A stretch of DNA of 64,000 nucleotides, taken from Paraphysomonas bandaiensis. Lineage: Eukaryota; Protista; Chrysophyceae. Location: the NCBI GenBank assembly GCA_965644295.1, contig CBFFRP010000298.1, forward strand, positions 186,001 to 250,000, given 5' to 3'. Shown here piece by piece: positions 30,726 to 41,644 of the stretch (its first letter is position 1; the number at the start of each line of letters is the position of its first letter). Made by a program: the position numbers and the translations under genes. Under the pieces are notes generated by a model that searched no databases, was not told the DNA's origin, and saw nothing but the letters and a program-made list of their open reading frames with translations.

Positions 30726-31566
30726 ATTTTTTAAAACTATTTTGTTTATTGTTTGTTGCGTGTGTGTATTCAACTATTTATTAACCTTCATCTGCTTTTT
30801 CTTTTTGACATCTTTCATGGCCTTTTTACACCCGTGCAGATTTAAAACGCCTAAAGCGTTTTATAATCTGTGTAGGGTTGTACCCCAACTTAGATTTAAA
30901 ATAGGCATTTTAAATCTTCGTTGGAGTAAAATTATCTCTTTAAACCATTTTGCTTTTTAATAATTTTTTAATTGGTAATAACGTAAAAATTATTTTGAAT
31001 AGAATAAATTATTTTGAAAAAATATTTTGAATAGAATAAATATTTTTGATAAATTATTTTGAAAAAATATTTTGAATAGAATAAATATTTTTGATAAATT
31101 ATTTTGAAAAAATATTTTGAATAGAAACTGGCATTATGGCACTGGATTTTTATAACATAACCATCACTGTTACAACACCACCATCATCATCATCACCATC
31201 ACTGTTACAACACCACCATCATCATCACCACCACAACTGGCATTTTGGCACTGGCTTTTTATAACATAAACTATATAATAAATTTTATTTTATAACTTTT
31301 TCTAATTTTCATAAAAGCCAAAATGCCAGAAAGCCAAAATGCCAAAACTATATTTTTATTTTATTATAAGATAATTATTTAATATTATATAAAGTAATTA
31401 ATTTTTATTTAAAGTATAGTATTATTAATATAATTATATTTAAAGATAGAGTGAAAAGGAAAGAGTAATAAAACGAAGTTTTATTACGATACGAGAGCCC
31501 TTCTGGCTCAGGAAGAATGCCTAAGCGGCAAGAGCGACCCCTCGGCCCTTCGTCCTCTCTGTGTGT
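30726..31566 (-). repeat. Right TIR (841 bp)
   Basis: Reverse complement of 9337-10176; ends CTCTCTGTGTGT. Confidence 0.95.
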
Positions 31567-34398
31567 TTCCTTATTCTTTCTACTGTTTCCCATGACATGG
31601 TTGAATTTCTGAATCACTTTCTCCGCATACTTCGATTGATCTAGTTTGAACCAGTCTTCGCCTCTCGTGATTCGAATATTTAGGAAACTTTGGCACTCTC
31701 CCATGTCCCTCATTTCAAACGTTTGGCAGAACTTGTTCTTGACAAAAACAAGGAATTCAAAATCCACAGATGCGATAATGATGTCATCTACATACAGGAG
31801 TAATAACATAAGTTTGCCTTGGTGCCAACGATAATATAAGCAGGTATCTAACACGCATGATCTAAACTGCATTGACTTTATGAATTTATCGATGTGGCGA
31901 TTCCACTGACGCGGTGAGGCTCGTAAACCATATAGTGCTTTGATGAGTTTAAAGCACCATCCATTGCTGAGCTCCTCATCTGGAGGTGGGTACATGTAGA
32001 CATCTTCATCTAAATTTGCATAACAAAATGCAGAACTGACATCAAGCTGGTGTACATGCATATGGAACATAAAAGCAATTGCAATCACGAGCCTGATAGT
32101 TATCCCTTTTACGACCGGTGCAAATGTAGATGGCTCCTCCTCAGTTTTCTCCTGAAGATTTCCTAGTGCGACTAGTCGAGCTTTATACTTCTGTATGTTG
32201 CCTAGTATGTCACGCTTGAGTTTGTGAACATACTTACATCTGATTAATTTGACCCCAGATGGTCGACGTACTATCTTCAAAACGCCTCTTCGTAAAAGAG
32301 CTTTCTTCTCTATTCGTCTGGCTGTTCTCCATTCGTCCGCTTGAGGGGACCTTTCCGCCTCTAGAAAACTGTTCGGTTCATGGACGTGTTTATTCTCAGT
32401 ACTCTCCTCTGAATCCATGACATTTACATCGGCATCCATTACCTCTATCATGTTAATTTCTCCTAACACTGAAGCATTAGCTAGCCTCCTCCGTAAACGC
32501 TTACGTTTCTCTGCATCCCTTTTAGATACTCTCTGTAGGGTATTAGTACTGTTAGAATTTATAGTATCAGTATATTCAGGTACTCCCTGAGCTGCATCTT
32601 CATCAAGTACTCCTTGAGTCATATCTTCATCAGGTGCTCCCTGAATAATACCATGGTTAACTAGCTGCTCCTGATGGCTCTCAGGCGCTGGGATAGTGGA
32701 CGTACTCCGTCCATCAGTGGTACTAGAGGCGTCCCTCGTTCCCGTATATCCCGTGTATCCAGGCGTATTCCTTGTCATTACCTGAACATCTTCTATATGT
32801 ATGGGTACCTTCTGCTCAATGTGGGTTCTCCCCGCAGTTACAAGTGACCGATAACCAACAATGACACCCTTTCTTTCTACCACTCTGGTGGTCTTGTACA
32901 ACAGCCCGTCTTCATCGTCTATGTGAAAAGTCTTCACGAGATGCTGATAATCATTCACCGTCTTTGGTCTAGGTGCTGTTCGTACTCGGAGAGCGTCGAT
33001 TTCTGCGTAATATTCTTCGGTGCGGGAAGGTATACTCTCATCTGTGAGTATGTGTACACACGTAATTACCTTATCGGTTGCTGGGAGATACACCTGGTAT
33101 CCAACTTTATCTTCCGAATATCCCACTAGGTATCCAATCTTTGATTTATCGTCCCAGTCCTTTCGCCTGTCCGCCTTAGGTGTCAATATATAAGTTTTGC
33201 ACCCCCATACTCTAAAATATTTCAAACTGGGTGGCTGACCCGTGACATACTCATATGGGGACATGTATCCTCTGTCCGTCCTTGTAGGGAGTCTGATCAG
33301 TGTATAGCGAGCAGCATGATACGCGTCTAACCAGAATGGAACCGGTAGGCCTGACTGCAACAACATCGCCAACGCCATCTCTGATGCAGTCCTGAATTTT
33401 CGCTCCTCTACTGCATTCATTTCCGGACTATCTGTTGAAGACCAAGTATGTTTGTAGCAGCCTTGTGATCTCAAATAGCTCCTAAGTTCTTGATTTATGA
33501 GTTCTCCAGCTCCATCAGCGTGGTAGTGGTCCACTCTCAGCTTATATTGCCTAATCTCTCCTTCGAACACCTCTCTAAAAAACTGAATCACTTCTTCTTT
33601 AGTACGCTGGTTTACGCCTTTTACCCAGAACATCCTACTCGGGTGATGAGTTAGTTTGATCACGTAGCGCTCATCACCTCGAGCGGGAGTATTCAGAAAT
33701 ACTTGCACATCAGCCGATATGTCCGGCTTGACATCCGTATCCTCCTTTGTGTGAAACGAAACTCTCGTAATCTTTGATCTGGCACATATGCTACAGAGAC
33801 AAGATTTTTTTAATTCAGTCTTCGATAGGTGCTTCCTCTGCAGATTTGAGCCAGTGAACAACATCCTTCTATGTGCCTCCGTTAGAGCCCCTTTGTTGAA
33901 ATGGCCCATTCTCCTATGCAGCAGTTCCAGCTCGTCCTCACCAGTCCTATCGCTAAGATTTACTTCACAATTACTCGGTGTTGACACATCTGGAAGCTCC
34001 AACAGCTGCTGAGTTGGAACTGCAGTCATTCCATTCTTCATGGGTCCCTCCAGTACCAGCTCACCGGTATTACAGTCATAAATTTGGATCCCATACCACA
34101 CCGTGAATCGATAGCCCATTTCGTTCAGCTTACGTCCGGAGCACAGGCATCGATTGATCTGATCTGAAATTTCTATGTCTCTCCATGCTCCACGGGAACC
34201 CACACTTGTGATATGAATCTCTGATCCCTTCTTAGATCCGTTTATCACCTTTGATGTATTCATATGAGTGTCAAGCATGGTCACATCATTCATTAAGAAC
34301 ATTGATGATGAACAGCATGTATCTATGTATGTATAGTGTTCAGCAGTACCAATCATACAACATGTGTCACTTATCATATATATCAACAGCGCAGTCAT
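31567..34398 (-). pseudogene. pol: copia-1 pol N-terminal part (PR, INT, most of RT), interrupted
   Basis: YIDTCCS (protease-like), LLHRRMGH...CSIC, HADGAGE/ERKFR (integrase), KYKARLVALG, HQLDV..AF, LYGLR and LYVDD. Confidence 0.93.
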
Positions 34399-35497
34399 AA
34401 AGCATATTCGCTTCGGACTCCGAGTCAGACTCGGTTCCTCCTCTGCGGATATTCTCGAATGTGAAAACCTTCCCAGATTTCTGGGGTTTCTTGGTCTTTC
34501 CAGTCGAATTTCGGGGACATTCGTTCGCGCGATGGTTTTTGGATTTGCATACTCTGCATCCTGTATATTCCTTACTGCCCGGTCTTTGTCCCTTCGTTTC
34601 CCCCTTTTTCTTCCTACATTGTTCTGTATTATGATTGTGTATTATACCTTTCTTCGAGCAATAAGTGCACTTCCTCTTTGTAGATACTCTCTCTTTCTTT
34701 CGAGGCTTTTCAATATGATTCAGCTCCTCCGTGCTCTTGCGCTTCTTCTCTATGATTTTCCTCCCATACTTGGTGTCGTCGAACTGTTCGATACGTTTGG
34801 ATAGCAATTCATATGGTACATCATCGGGCATTAAATACAGGGCATAATTCAAACCGTCATATTCATCACTGATAATTCCCTCCTTCAGCCTACTAATTTT
34901 TGATTCTTCCGTTACCGTTTGGTTATGCGCCTGAAGTTCACGAAGAAGCAGCTCAAAACGCAGTACATACTCTTTCGCGGTCTCCCCTGGCTTCATCTCG
35001 AATGATCCAAACTGAGCAAGCAAAGCACTAATCTTGTTTTGTGTTCCCCCTTCAAAACACGATTTAAGAGTGCTAACCATCTCTCTGGCGCTGAACTTAT
35101 TAACTCTTCCTTCAGCTGCCTTGAACTCCTTGTGCTTCAGATGAAACTTCTGCAGCGCCTTCGGAGATCGCTTCACCGCCTCTCTGCAGTATGAGTAAGC
35201 AATTGCATTCGCCTTCCAATACTTGTCCACCGCTTCTTTGTAGGACTTGGTCTCAAGACTATTCAGGGGTTGAATTCCGAAATCCTCTTCCTCTGGTGGC
35301 CTTTCTAGAGCCACCTCACTCTGCTCCTTTCTCATAAGGAACGTCTCAAAGTCTTCGATCCATTGTTCAACGTTGCTCTCGTCGAACCATGGAACATCAG
35401 CTCTATCCTCCTTCTCTCCTCCGCATTCGCTACCATATTGACTAATGACCATTTTCAGATGATTAAGATCGTTGTAAGAGAAGTTTAAGTTAGTCAA
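34367..35497 (-). CDS. gag: copia-1 gag
   Basis: MKPGETAKEYVLRF (UBN2-like) and two zinc knuckles (CTYC......H....C; CRVC....H....C). The ORF begins within the LTR and reads through the PBS. Confidence 0.85.
   Translation of the reverse strand: MTNLNFSYNDLNHLKMVISQYGSECGGEKEDRADVPWFDESNVEQWIEDFETFLMRKEQSEVALERPPEEEDFGIQPLNSLETKSYKEAVDKYWKANAIAYSYCREAVKRSPKALQKFHLKHKEFKAAEGRVNKFSAREMVSTLKSCFEGGTQNKISALLAQFGSFEMKPGETAKEYVLRFELLLRELQAHNQTVTEESKISRLKEGIISDEYDGLNYALYLMPDDVPYELLSKRIEQFDDTKYGRKIIEKKRKSTEELNHIEKPRKKERVSTKRKCTYCSKKGIIHNHNTEQCRKKKGETKGQRPGSKEYTGCRVCKSKNHRANECPRNSTGKTKKPQKSGKVFTFENIRRGGTESDSESEANMLYDCAVDIYDK
35427..35435 (-). promoter_or_regulatory. Primer-binding site (probably tRNA-iMet)
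   Basis: TGGTAGCGA abuts the 5' LTR; the same 9-mer occurs in copia-2. Confidence 0.75.
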
Positions 35498-35755
35498 ACT
35501 AGATAGATTACTTTATTATGATTGTATACACAATTGTGTGTGTTGTCATGTAACACATGTCAACAACATGATAAATTATTTCGTTCATGTCAACCACTGC
35601 TCAACTTCCGTATCTTGAATCGTCATGATATAATACTTCAGTTTCACAGTTATAGCTATATAGCACCTTTGACTATTGGCTACGTATTACTGTTTTTCAC
35701 ATTGTATTTAACGTATTCTACAGTACTATCTTAGAGAACCATACGTATTCCAACA
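35436..35755 (-). repeat. copia-1 5' LTR
   Basis: Matches 8040-8359 and is followed on the plus strand by TSD AGGAT. Confidence 0.95.
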
Positions 35756-36791
35756 AGGATAATGGAATTTGTGCTGATTAGTTATGGGTAGAGGTCTAAC
35801 TAGTATGTATAGCATTCAACTAGCCACTATATTGGCACAGGTTTTTAACGCCTATTGCTAAATAAAAAGACTTTCAATATATATACTTCTATATATATCT
35901 AAAACTAGAAGGGTATTGAGCATTCCATATATACTAGGTATCGAGCTGAACTCTTTTTTGTAGGTCAAAATCAAGAGAAAAGACACATAATCGACCCTTC
36001 AAAGAAACAGTACCTCTCTTAATGTAAATAAAACGTTATAATGAGAGACCTACCTTCCCACCATTGTAATAGCCATTAAGGGCGATAAATGGCCATCGTG
36101 TGCTTATACTATATAGTTAATATTTGCCAATTAATTGCTATTTAATTGCAATCTTCCAGCGAGCAATTATAATTGAAATTATTACGTATGTTTCATGCAA
36201 TTAAATTGCAATTCAATTAATTGTTACGCATCCCTTGTCGTTATGCATTAAGTATTATATAAGTAGATCACCAGCACTCTTTTAGATATCTTAAAACCCA
36301 CTAACAAACTGCCGTATCTGACGATACTTCAGTTTCGCAGTTTTATAGCTATACAGTATTCGACTAGGTCATATACTACTTCTAGATAATAGATACACTA
36401 CAGTAAGTTCTGGTGTAACTTAATACTACCTATTAGTCGCAGTTCTTGCCTGATGGCAGTTGATATTTGATATACGGCATCCGTAGTACTGTACTAATGC
36501 TATTATGCTATTGCCAGGTTGGTTTTACATACTTTAGAGTGACAAATACATATTAGATAAGCTGCCGCAGTGAGAGGTTTGCGTTATATACCTCAATCAC
36601 AGCCTCATTAAATGAGTAGAGCTATATCGCCTACTTTAGCTTCTTTCTACAGTCGCTACTTACGTACCAAACACATAATGTGAGCCGCAGTCTCGCAACT
36701 GTAGCCATCAAGGTGGACAATTGCGAAGTACCACACGATGTAAATTTATAGAATACGTACTTCACAATAGCCTCCCCATATAATTCAGCAA

Positions 36792-37565
36792 TTAGGCAAC
36801 CTTTACTCGCACTTTTTTCTTGCTCATGCCGCTGTACTTACCAAACCACCCAGAAAACCAATGCAAATGCATGACGAGAGTAAGAACAAGAAGGTAAATC
36901 ATGGGAAGGTAGCCGTTGCAATATATCTCGTGTGCAAGCAAACAACTGTGGTAAACGATACGTAGAACGAAAAAAGAAATGCCGAAGCCCATGTCGGAGC
37001 GATAAGAGGGGCATATTGTTCCCAGAGCAAGAATGAAAGTGGGGATTTCTTCCAAGGTGCAGTACACAAAGGCTGTGGTGAAAGGACCAGACGTTGAAGT
37101 AAAAAAGCCATTACCAGTAATAGCAAATACCATCAACCAGGTATACATTGTGTGGTGGAAATAACTGCTCAACCACCCAAGTTCATCGCGATAGAATATT
37201 ACACCCATCAGGAGATCCATGACATTGGCGCATGCGAAAGTAGTACAGGTTATAAGGCCGAGGTTATTGATACCGTGAAGTAGAGACTCACCATTTTTAC
37301 CCAAGTAAAAAGAACTATCAAATTCTGGCACAGTAATAGCCATATAAAATATTCCAATTGCAGACATAATGAATGAGTTTACAAGTGTTATACACCACGA
37401 GAGTTTCCGTTTAGTATCAACAAGGCTACGGCCAAGGGCAACCACTAATAGATATGTAGCCACTGTGTAAAGAATCACAGGTACTATATTATCCATATTA
37501 AAGCTATTGTCTGTTGCCCACTTTGATACATCGAAATCAAGCAGTGAGCCGGATATATTGTCCAT
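36792..37565 (-). CDS. TLC (TRAM/LAG1/CLN8)-domain membrane protein (host)
   Basis: Multi-TM protein with SYFHH, EIPTFIL and FFVLRIVYH. The start may be further upstream (track start 37643). Confidence 0.7.
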   Translation of the reverse strand: MDNISGSLLDFDVSKWATDNSFNMDNIVPVILYTVATYLLVVALGRSLVDTKRKLSWCITLVNSFIMSAIGIFYMAITVPEFDSSFYLGKNGESLLHGINNLGLITCTTFACANVMDLLMGVIFYRDELGWLSSYFHHTMYTWLMVFAITGNGFFTSTSGPFTTAFVYCTLEEIPTFILALGTICPSYRSDMGFGISFFVLRIVYHSCLLAHEIYCNGYLPMIYLLVLTLVMHLHWFSGWFGKYSGMSKKKVRVKVA

Positions 37566-38136
37566 AATCTCTCTATTTAATCTAGTTTTGCTTAGCCTCT
37601 TTAGATTACGTGTTTTCTTCAAAAGGTAATGGCCAAAAGGCATTCAATGTGAAGTTTTTCACAATCTTAAGATGACTAAAGAGTTAAATTAATATGAATA
37701 TAGGAGTGATATAATGACAGTGTAGAGACGCACTGGAGCTGTGACGCTTGTCTCACTCACACGCACCTGTCATACAGTACCTAAAACTCGTTTCTCTGTC
37801 TTAATATTCATTTTTATATCTAAAAATCTGGAGTTTTGTGGAAATCCTAATCTAGAAATCTGGACATTGCAGGTGAAGTACAAAAAGTGTTGTGTACTGA
37901 TGTACATACATACACTGGTGCAGTACAGTAGCATGCACATACAGTAGTACACTGTAACTATAAGGAGTATCTGTATAGAGTTGTGGACTCAGTTTGGGTT
38001 TTTTTGTTGCTTTCTGATTTCTGATTTAAAATATTTCAAATAACACTCTTACTTCTATAAATCCATACATGGTACAGCTGAGTGGGTGCTCATAGTTTCA
38101 TTAGAACACTCCGATTCATCTTATTTCATTGTGAAC

Positions 38137-41100
38137 ATGGATGTATCTGTCGATGATGCTCCTGATATTAATATTGATGATGAAATTGGTATGGAAGAGA
38201 TGTATCATAATGAATATATGGACTATGAAGAGAACATGTTTGATATGGATATGATAGAAGAAGAGGGTCCTTCAGACCAGTCAGCTACACAGCAACCTGA
38301 AATTCCATTGACCCCTACACAGAGCAGTGATTCAGTGTCAAAATCACCTGATCGGACCAGTCTGCATAGCACCAGTGCGTCTATTAGTTCAGTAGTGAGA
38401 AGGTTTTTTCTGTTATCTTATATTTTGTGTGATCATGACATTATATTTATAGTGCTACAAAGAATAGGCATTTTTCTCCATCTAGTACACGTGTATCTAC
38501 TCGTGGACCGCAGCTGAAAGCTCTGCTTACATCTGCATCTCTGACTACTCAAGACCCTCCATATACTATGCATGATGCTTCTTCTTATCTGAAGGATCGA
38601 CCCCCACTTGGCATGGAGCACGTGACTATAACCCTTGCTGACGGCACACGGAAGTATGTCGTCCGCAGAGAAGCAAGAGATTGCAATACAACTGCACCCT
38701 CTTCAGGTCATTTACTCTCTCAAAGCATGGCAGAAGTGTCTCGTGAAGCGGAAAATAGAAAGATACTCAAGTTAGCAGAAATGAATGCTATGGAGGAATC
38801 CAAAGCAAACATGGCATCTATTGCTGTCATTGATGTGAGTTTTACATTTCCTGTGCTATATATGTTGATATATTTTGCTCTCTACAATTTGGTATGATAT
38901 GTGTGAATCACACAGGGAAAAACTGGCGATCATAAAAGTCTGTGGGTGGATAAGTATGCACCCCGGAGCTTTTCCCAACTATTGAGCCAGGAGAAAACGA
39001 ATCGGGAAGTACTTCGCGCTGTAAAACTCTGGGACAAGCATGTTTTTGGTATTGATACGGAGCACCTGCAGCCACAACATGGAGGTGGCAGAGATAAACA
39101 AGAGAAGAAAGACCAGAAGGGCGCAGATGGTCAAGATATACATGAGTATTTTAGTACTGATCAGCGAGACAAGAGACCTTACCACAAGGTGGAGTCGCTT
39201 GCTTCCAGTACCGTTAAATAATTTACTGATGTATCTTGTGTAGGTTATTCTATTGACGGGCCCTCCTGGCACAGGTTTGTTTTTCAGTGTACAGAGCTTT
39301 GATTCACACCTATATAGACGTATATACAGTATATATATCAATAATATATCTGCTATGCATGCCTCATCGTTCTTCTCTGTAGGAAAAACCACTCTTGCCC
39401 ATATCGTGGCCTCACATTGTGGGTATCGTCCCGTAGAGATGAATGCTTCGGATGACCGCTCAGTTGATGCATTGCGTGATGTGATATCACGTTCAATGGG
39501 CAACACTACACTGGACAGCCTGACGGGTGGGGAAGGGACGTTGGAGAATCGACCCAATTGCGTTATATTAGATGAGATAGATGGCATGGATGGACGGGCG
39601 CCAATCGATGCCCTGGTAAATATAATAAAAACACCGTTGTACCAGAGCACAGGTACTGGCAAAAAGAAGAGCGGAAAAGGCCGGATCGTTCTCACCCGTC
39701 CAGTGATATGTATATGCAATGATCAATTTGCACCAATGCTCCGAGAACTCAGGGCTATTGCCAAAGTATTCGTGTTTGGTCCACCCTCTGAGACTCGTTT
39801 GGTGCAACGACTGAAGCACGTTTGTGCAGCTGAAGGACTACACCACGTTAGCCCCACCGCTTTGTCATCTCTCTGTCATGCCTCCGGGTCAGACATTCGG
39901 TCCGCTATCAACACCCTTCAGTTTGCTGCACTCCGAGTGGCCATGGAACGCAATCGATCGCGCTCAAAAGACCCTCGACTAACTGCTGATACATCCTATG
40001 ATTTCAGCCGTTTATTGAACTCGATGCTCCTGGGTGGCCTAAAAGACGAGAGACAGGATGTGTTTCAGCTATGGCGGAAAATATTTTCGTCGAAGAATCT
40101 GTCAGACACAGGAATGAAGCGGCTAGCCGCGTTAATCAGTTCCCAACCTGGGACTGAGATAGATGTAGATGCCTACCGGACTAGTCGTCCCTCTCAGGCT
40201 ATGGATGTGTTCGACTCAGTAATGGGATTCGGTGACAATCAATTGGTGATGATGGGGGTGTTTGAGAATTTTTTGTCCGTGCGATACACAGACCCTACTT
40301 TCCAGCGCACTGCTACGGCATCCGATTGGTTGTCATGGGGAGATGTGCTAGAGGGGAAACAATTTTCTGGAGACTCTGGAAGTCAGTACATGACCGTCTA
40401 CGTGCCAGCTGTTGCTAGTGTAGTACATATGGTGTGTTCCACAGACTCACCAGGACAGAAGTTATCTTTTCCTTCGAAGGTGGGGCTATGTTGGGTTGTA
40501 TATATGAACGTTTTTCTTTAGACTGCCGTGCGCCTTATCTGCTCTGTTTTCAGGACCGCTCGGTGTGGTTTACTAAACAGCAAAAAGAAAATATTCTGAA
40601 ACACTTCTTTGAGGGTGCAGTGCTTGGGTCCTCTGTGGTGCATTCTAAGCATGTATGATCGATATAATTTTTATAGGCCTATAGTTAATTACATTCTGAT
40701 TACAGGCCTCAGCTGTGGATGTCATTCCTCTGCTCTTGGATACAATGTCTCTCTCTGGAACAATTAATGTGCGACCTGGTCCTATGCAGATGTTATCTGG
40801 CCCTGAGAAGGACCGAGTGAACTGTACGTGATGTGTAATTTGGTATCTGTTTTTTTGCTGATATGTATGTGGCTACAGCTGTTGCCAAGATCATGGTTGC
40901 ATGTGGACTGCAATATGAGCGGAGCCAGACGTCATCCAAGACTTCTTACGGTCCTTCTCGAAACAAAGACGACGGTGCGATTTCTACACGATGATGTAAT
41001 GATGATTCATCTATATATTGCTGCAGGCATGTTTCAATTGGTACCCGCTATAAACCAACTGGTGTCATATTCAGCGGAATATGAGTTGGAGCACAGACGG

Positions 41101-41644
41101 CGACCTATACCGTCTGAGCTACGACATAATTTGTACCTTGAGGTGAGAGGGATTCTTCTAGAGGCCCTACTGAACAAGTCTCGTGGAGAAAGTGGCGACA
41201 TCGAGGGAGAGCATGAGCTTGAGGTAGGACTTGCACTCCGCCAATGATTCCGCATGTCTTATGTGGCGATATATGACAGGGCGGTCAGTCTAGTCCAAGT
41301 ACGAACAAGCGAGAACCTCCACAATCATCAGAAGTAGTAGTTGAAGCCGATACAAGTGTTTCTGAGCAGATAATATCTGGTCCACCAACAAAGAAAGCAA
41401 AGTTGAATGCAATGGGATTCTTCAGAAAGGTTTGTTGTTATCACTTAACAAATTTGATTTGTTACTTTTTTTTCAGGGAGGAAAAGGAACCTCTCAATCT
41501 AAGGGTTCCACATCAGATGCTAAGGCAAAGGCTCTTGCAGTGGCAAAGGCTGCTCGCAATGATGTGGTGCGGTTTAAGTTCAACCAAGGGTTTTCTAATG
41601 CTGTTAAACGACCTGTGAACATATCTGAATTTATGAGAAAATAG
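38137..41644 (+). CDS. CTF18: Chromosome transmission fidelity protein 18 (RFC-like clamp loader), multi-exon
   Basis: WVDKYAP.SF..LL, Walker A GPPGT/GKTT split by a GT-AG intron, [35 protein letters not shown] and C-terminal [15 protein letters not shown]. Confidence 0.88.

Larger units (their letters stand above)
9337..31566. mobile_element. Endogenous Polinton-like virus / virophage-like element (Preplasmiviricota), 22,230 bp
   Basis: ~840-bp TIRs, 5-bp TSD TTCCT (9332-9336 and 31567-31571) and an abrupt shift to very AT-rich, intronless, densely packed ORFs. It carries MCP, mCP, A32 ATPase, cysteine protease, rve integrase, PolB-like and SF3 helicase genes. Confidence 0.95.
8040..35755 (-). 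mobile_element. Ty1/copia LTR retrotransposon (copia-1, ~5.48 kb), interrupted by the Polinton-like virus
   Basis: 320-bp LTRs at 8040-8359 and 35436-35755. TSD AGGAT at 8035-8039 and 35756-35760. PBS TGGTAGCGA and PPT GAGGAGGAG are present, and the domain order is gag-PR-INT-RT-RH. Confidence 0.96.
6061..36236. mobile_element. Possible TIR-bounded non-autonomous DNA element (~2.4 kb when the nested elements are removed)
   Basis: agggctgcgtaacaattaattg at 6062 matches the reverse complement of caattaattgttacgcatccct ending at 36235 (21/22), with caatt/aattg subterminal repeats at both ends. No TSD or transposase recognised. Confidence 0.4.
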
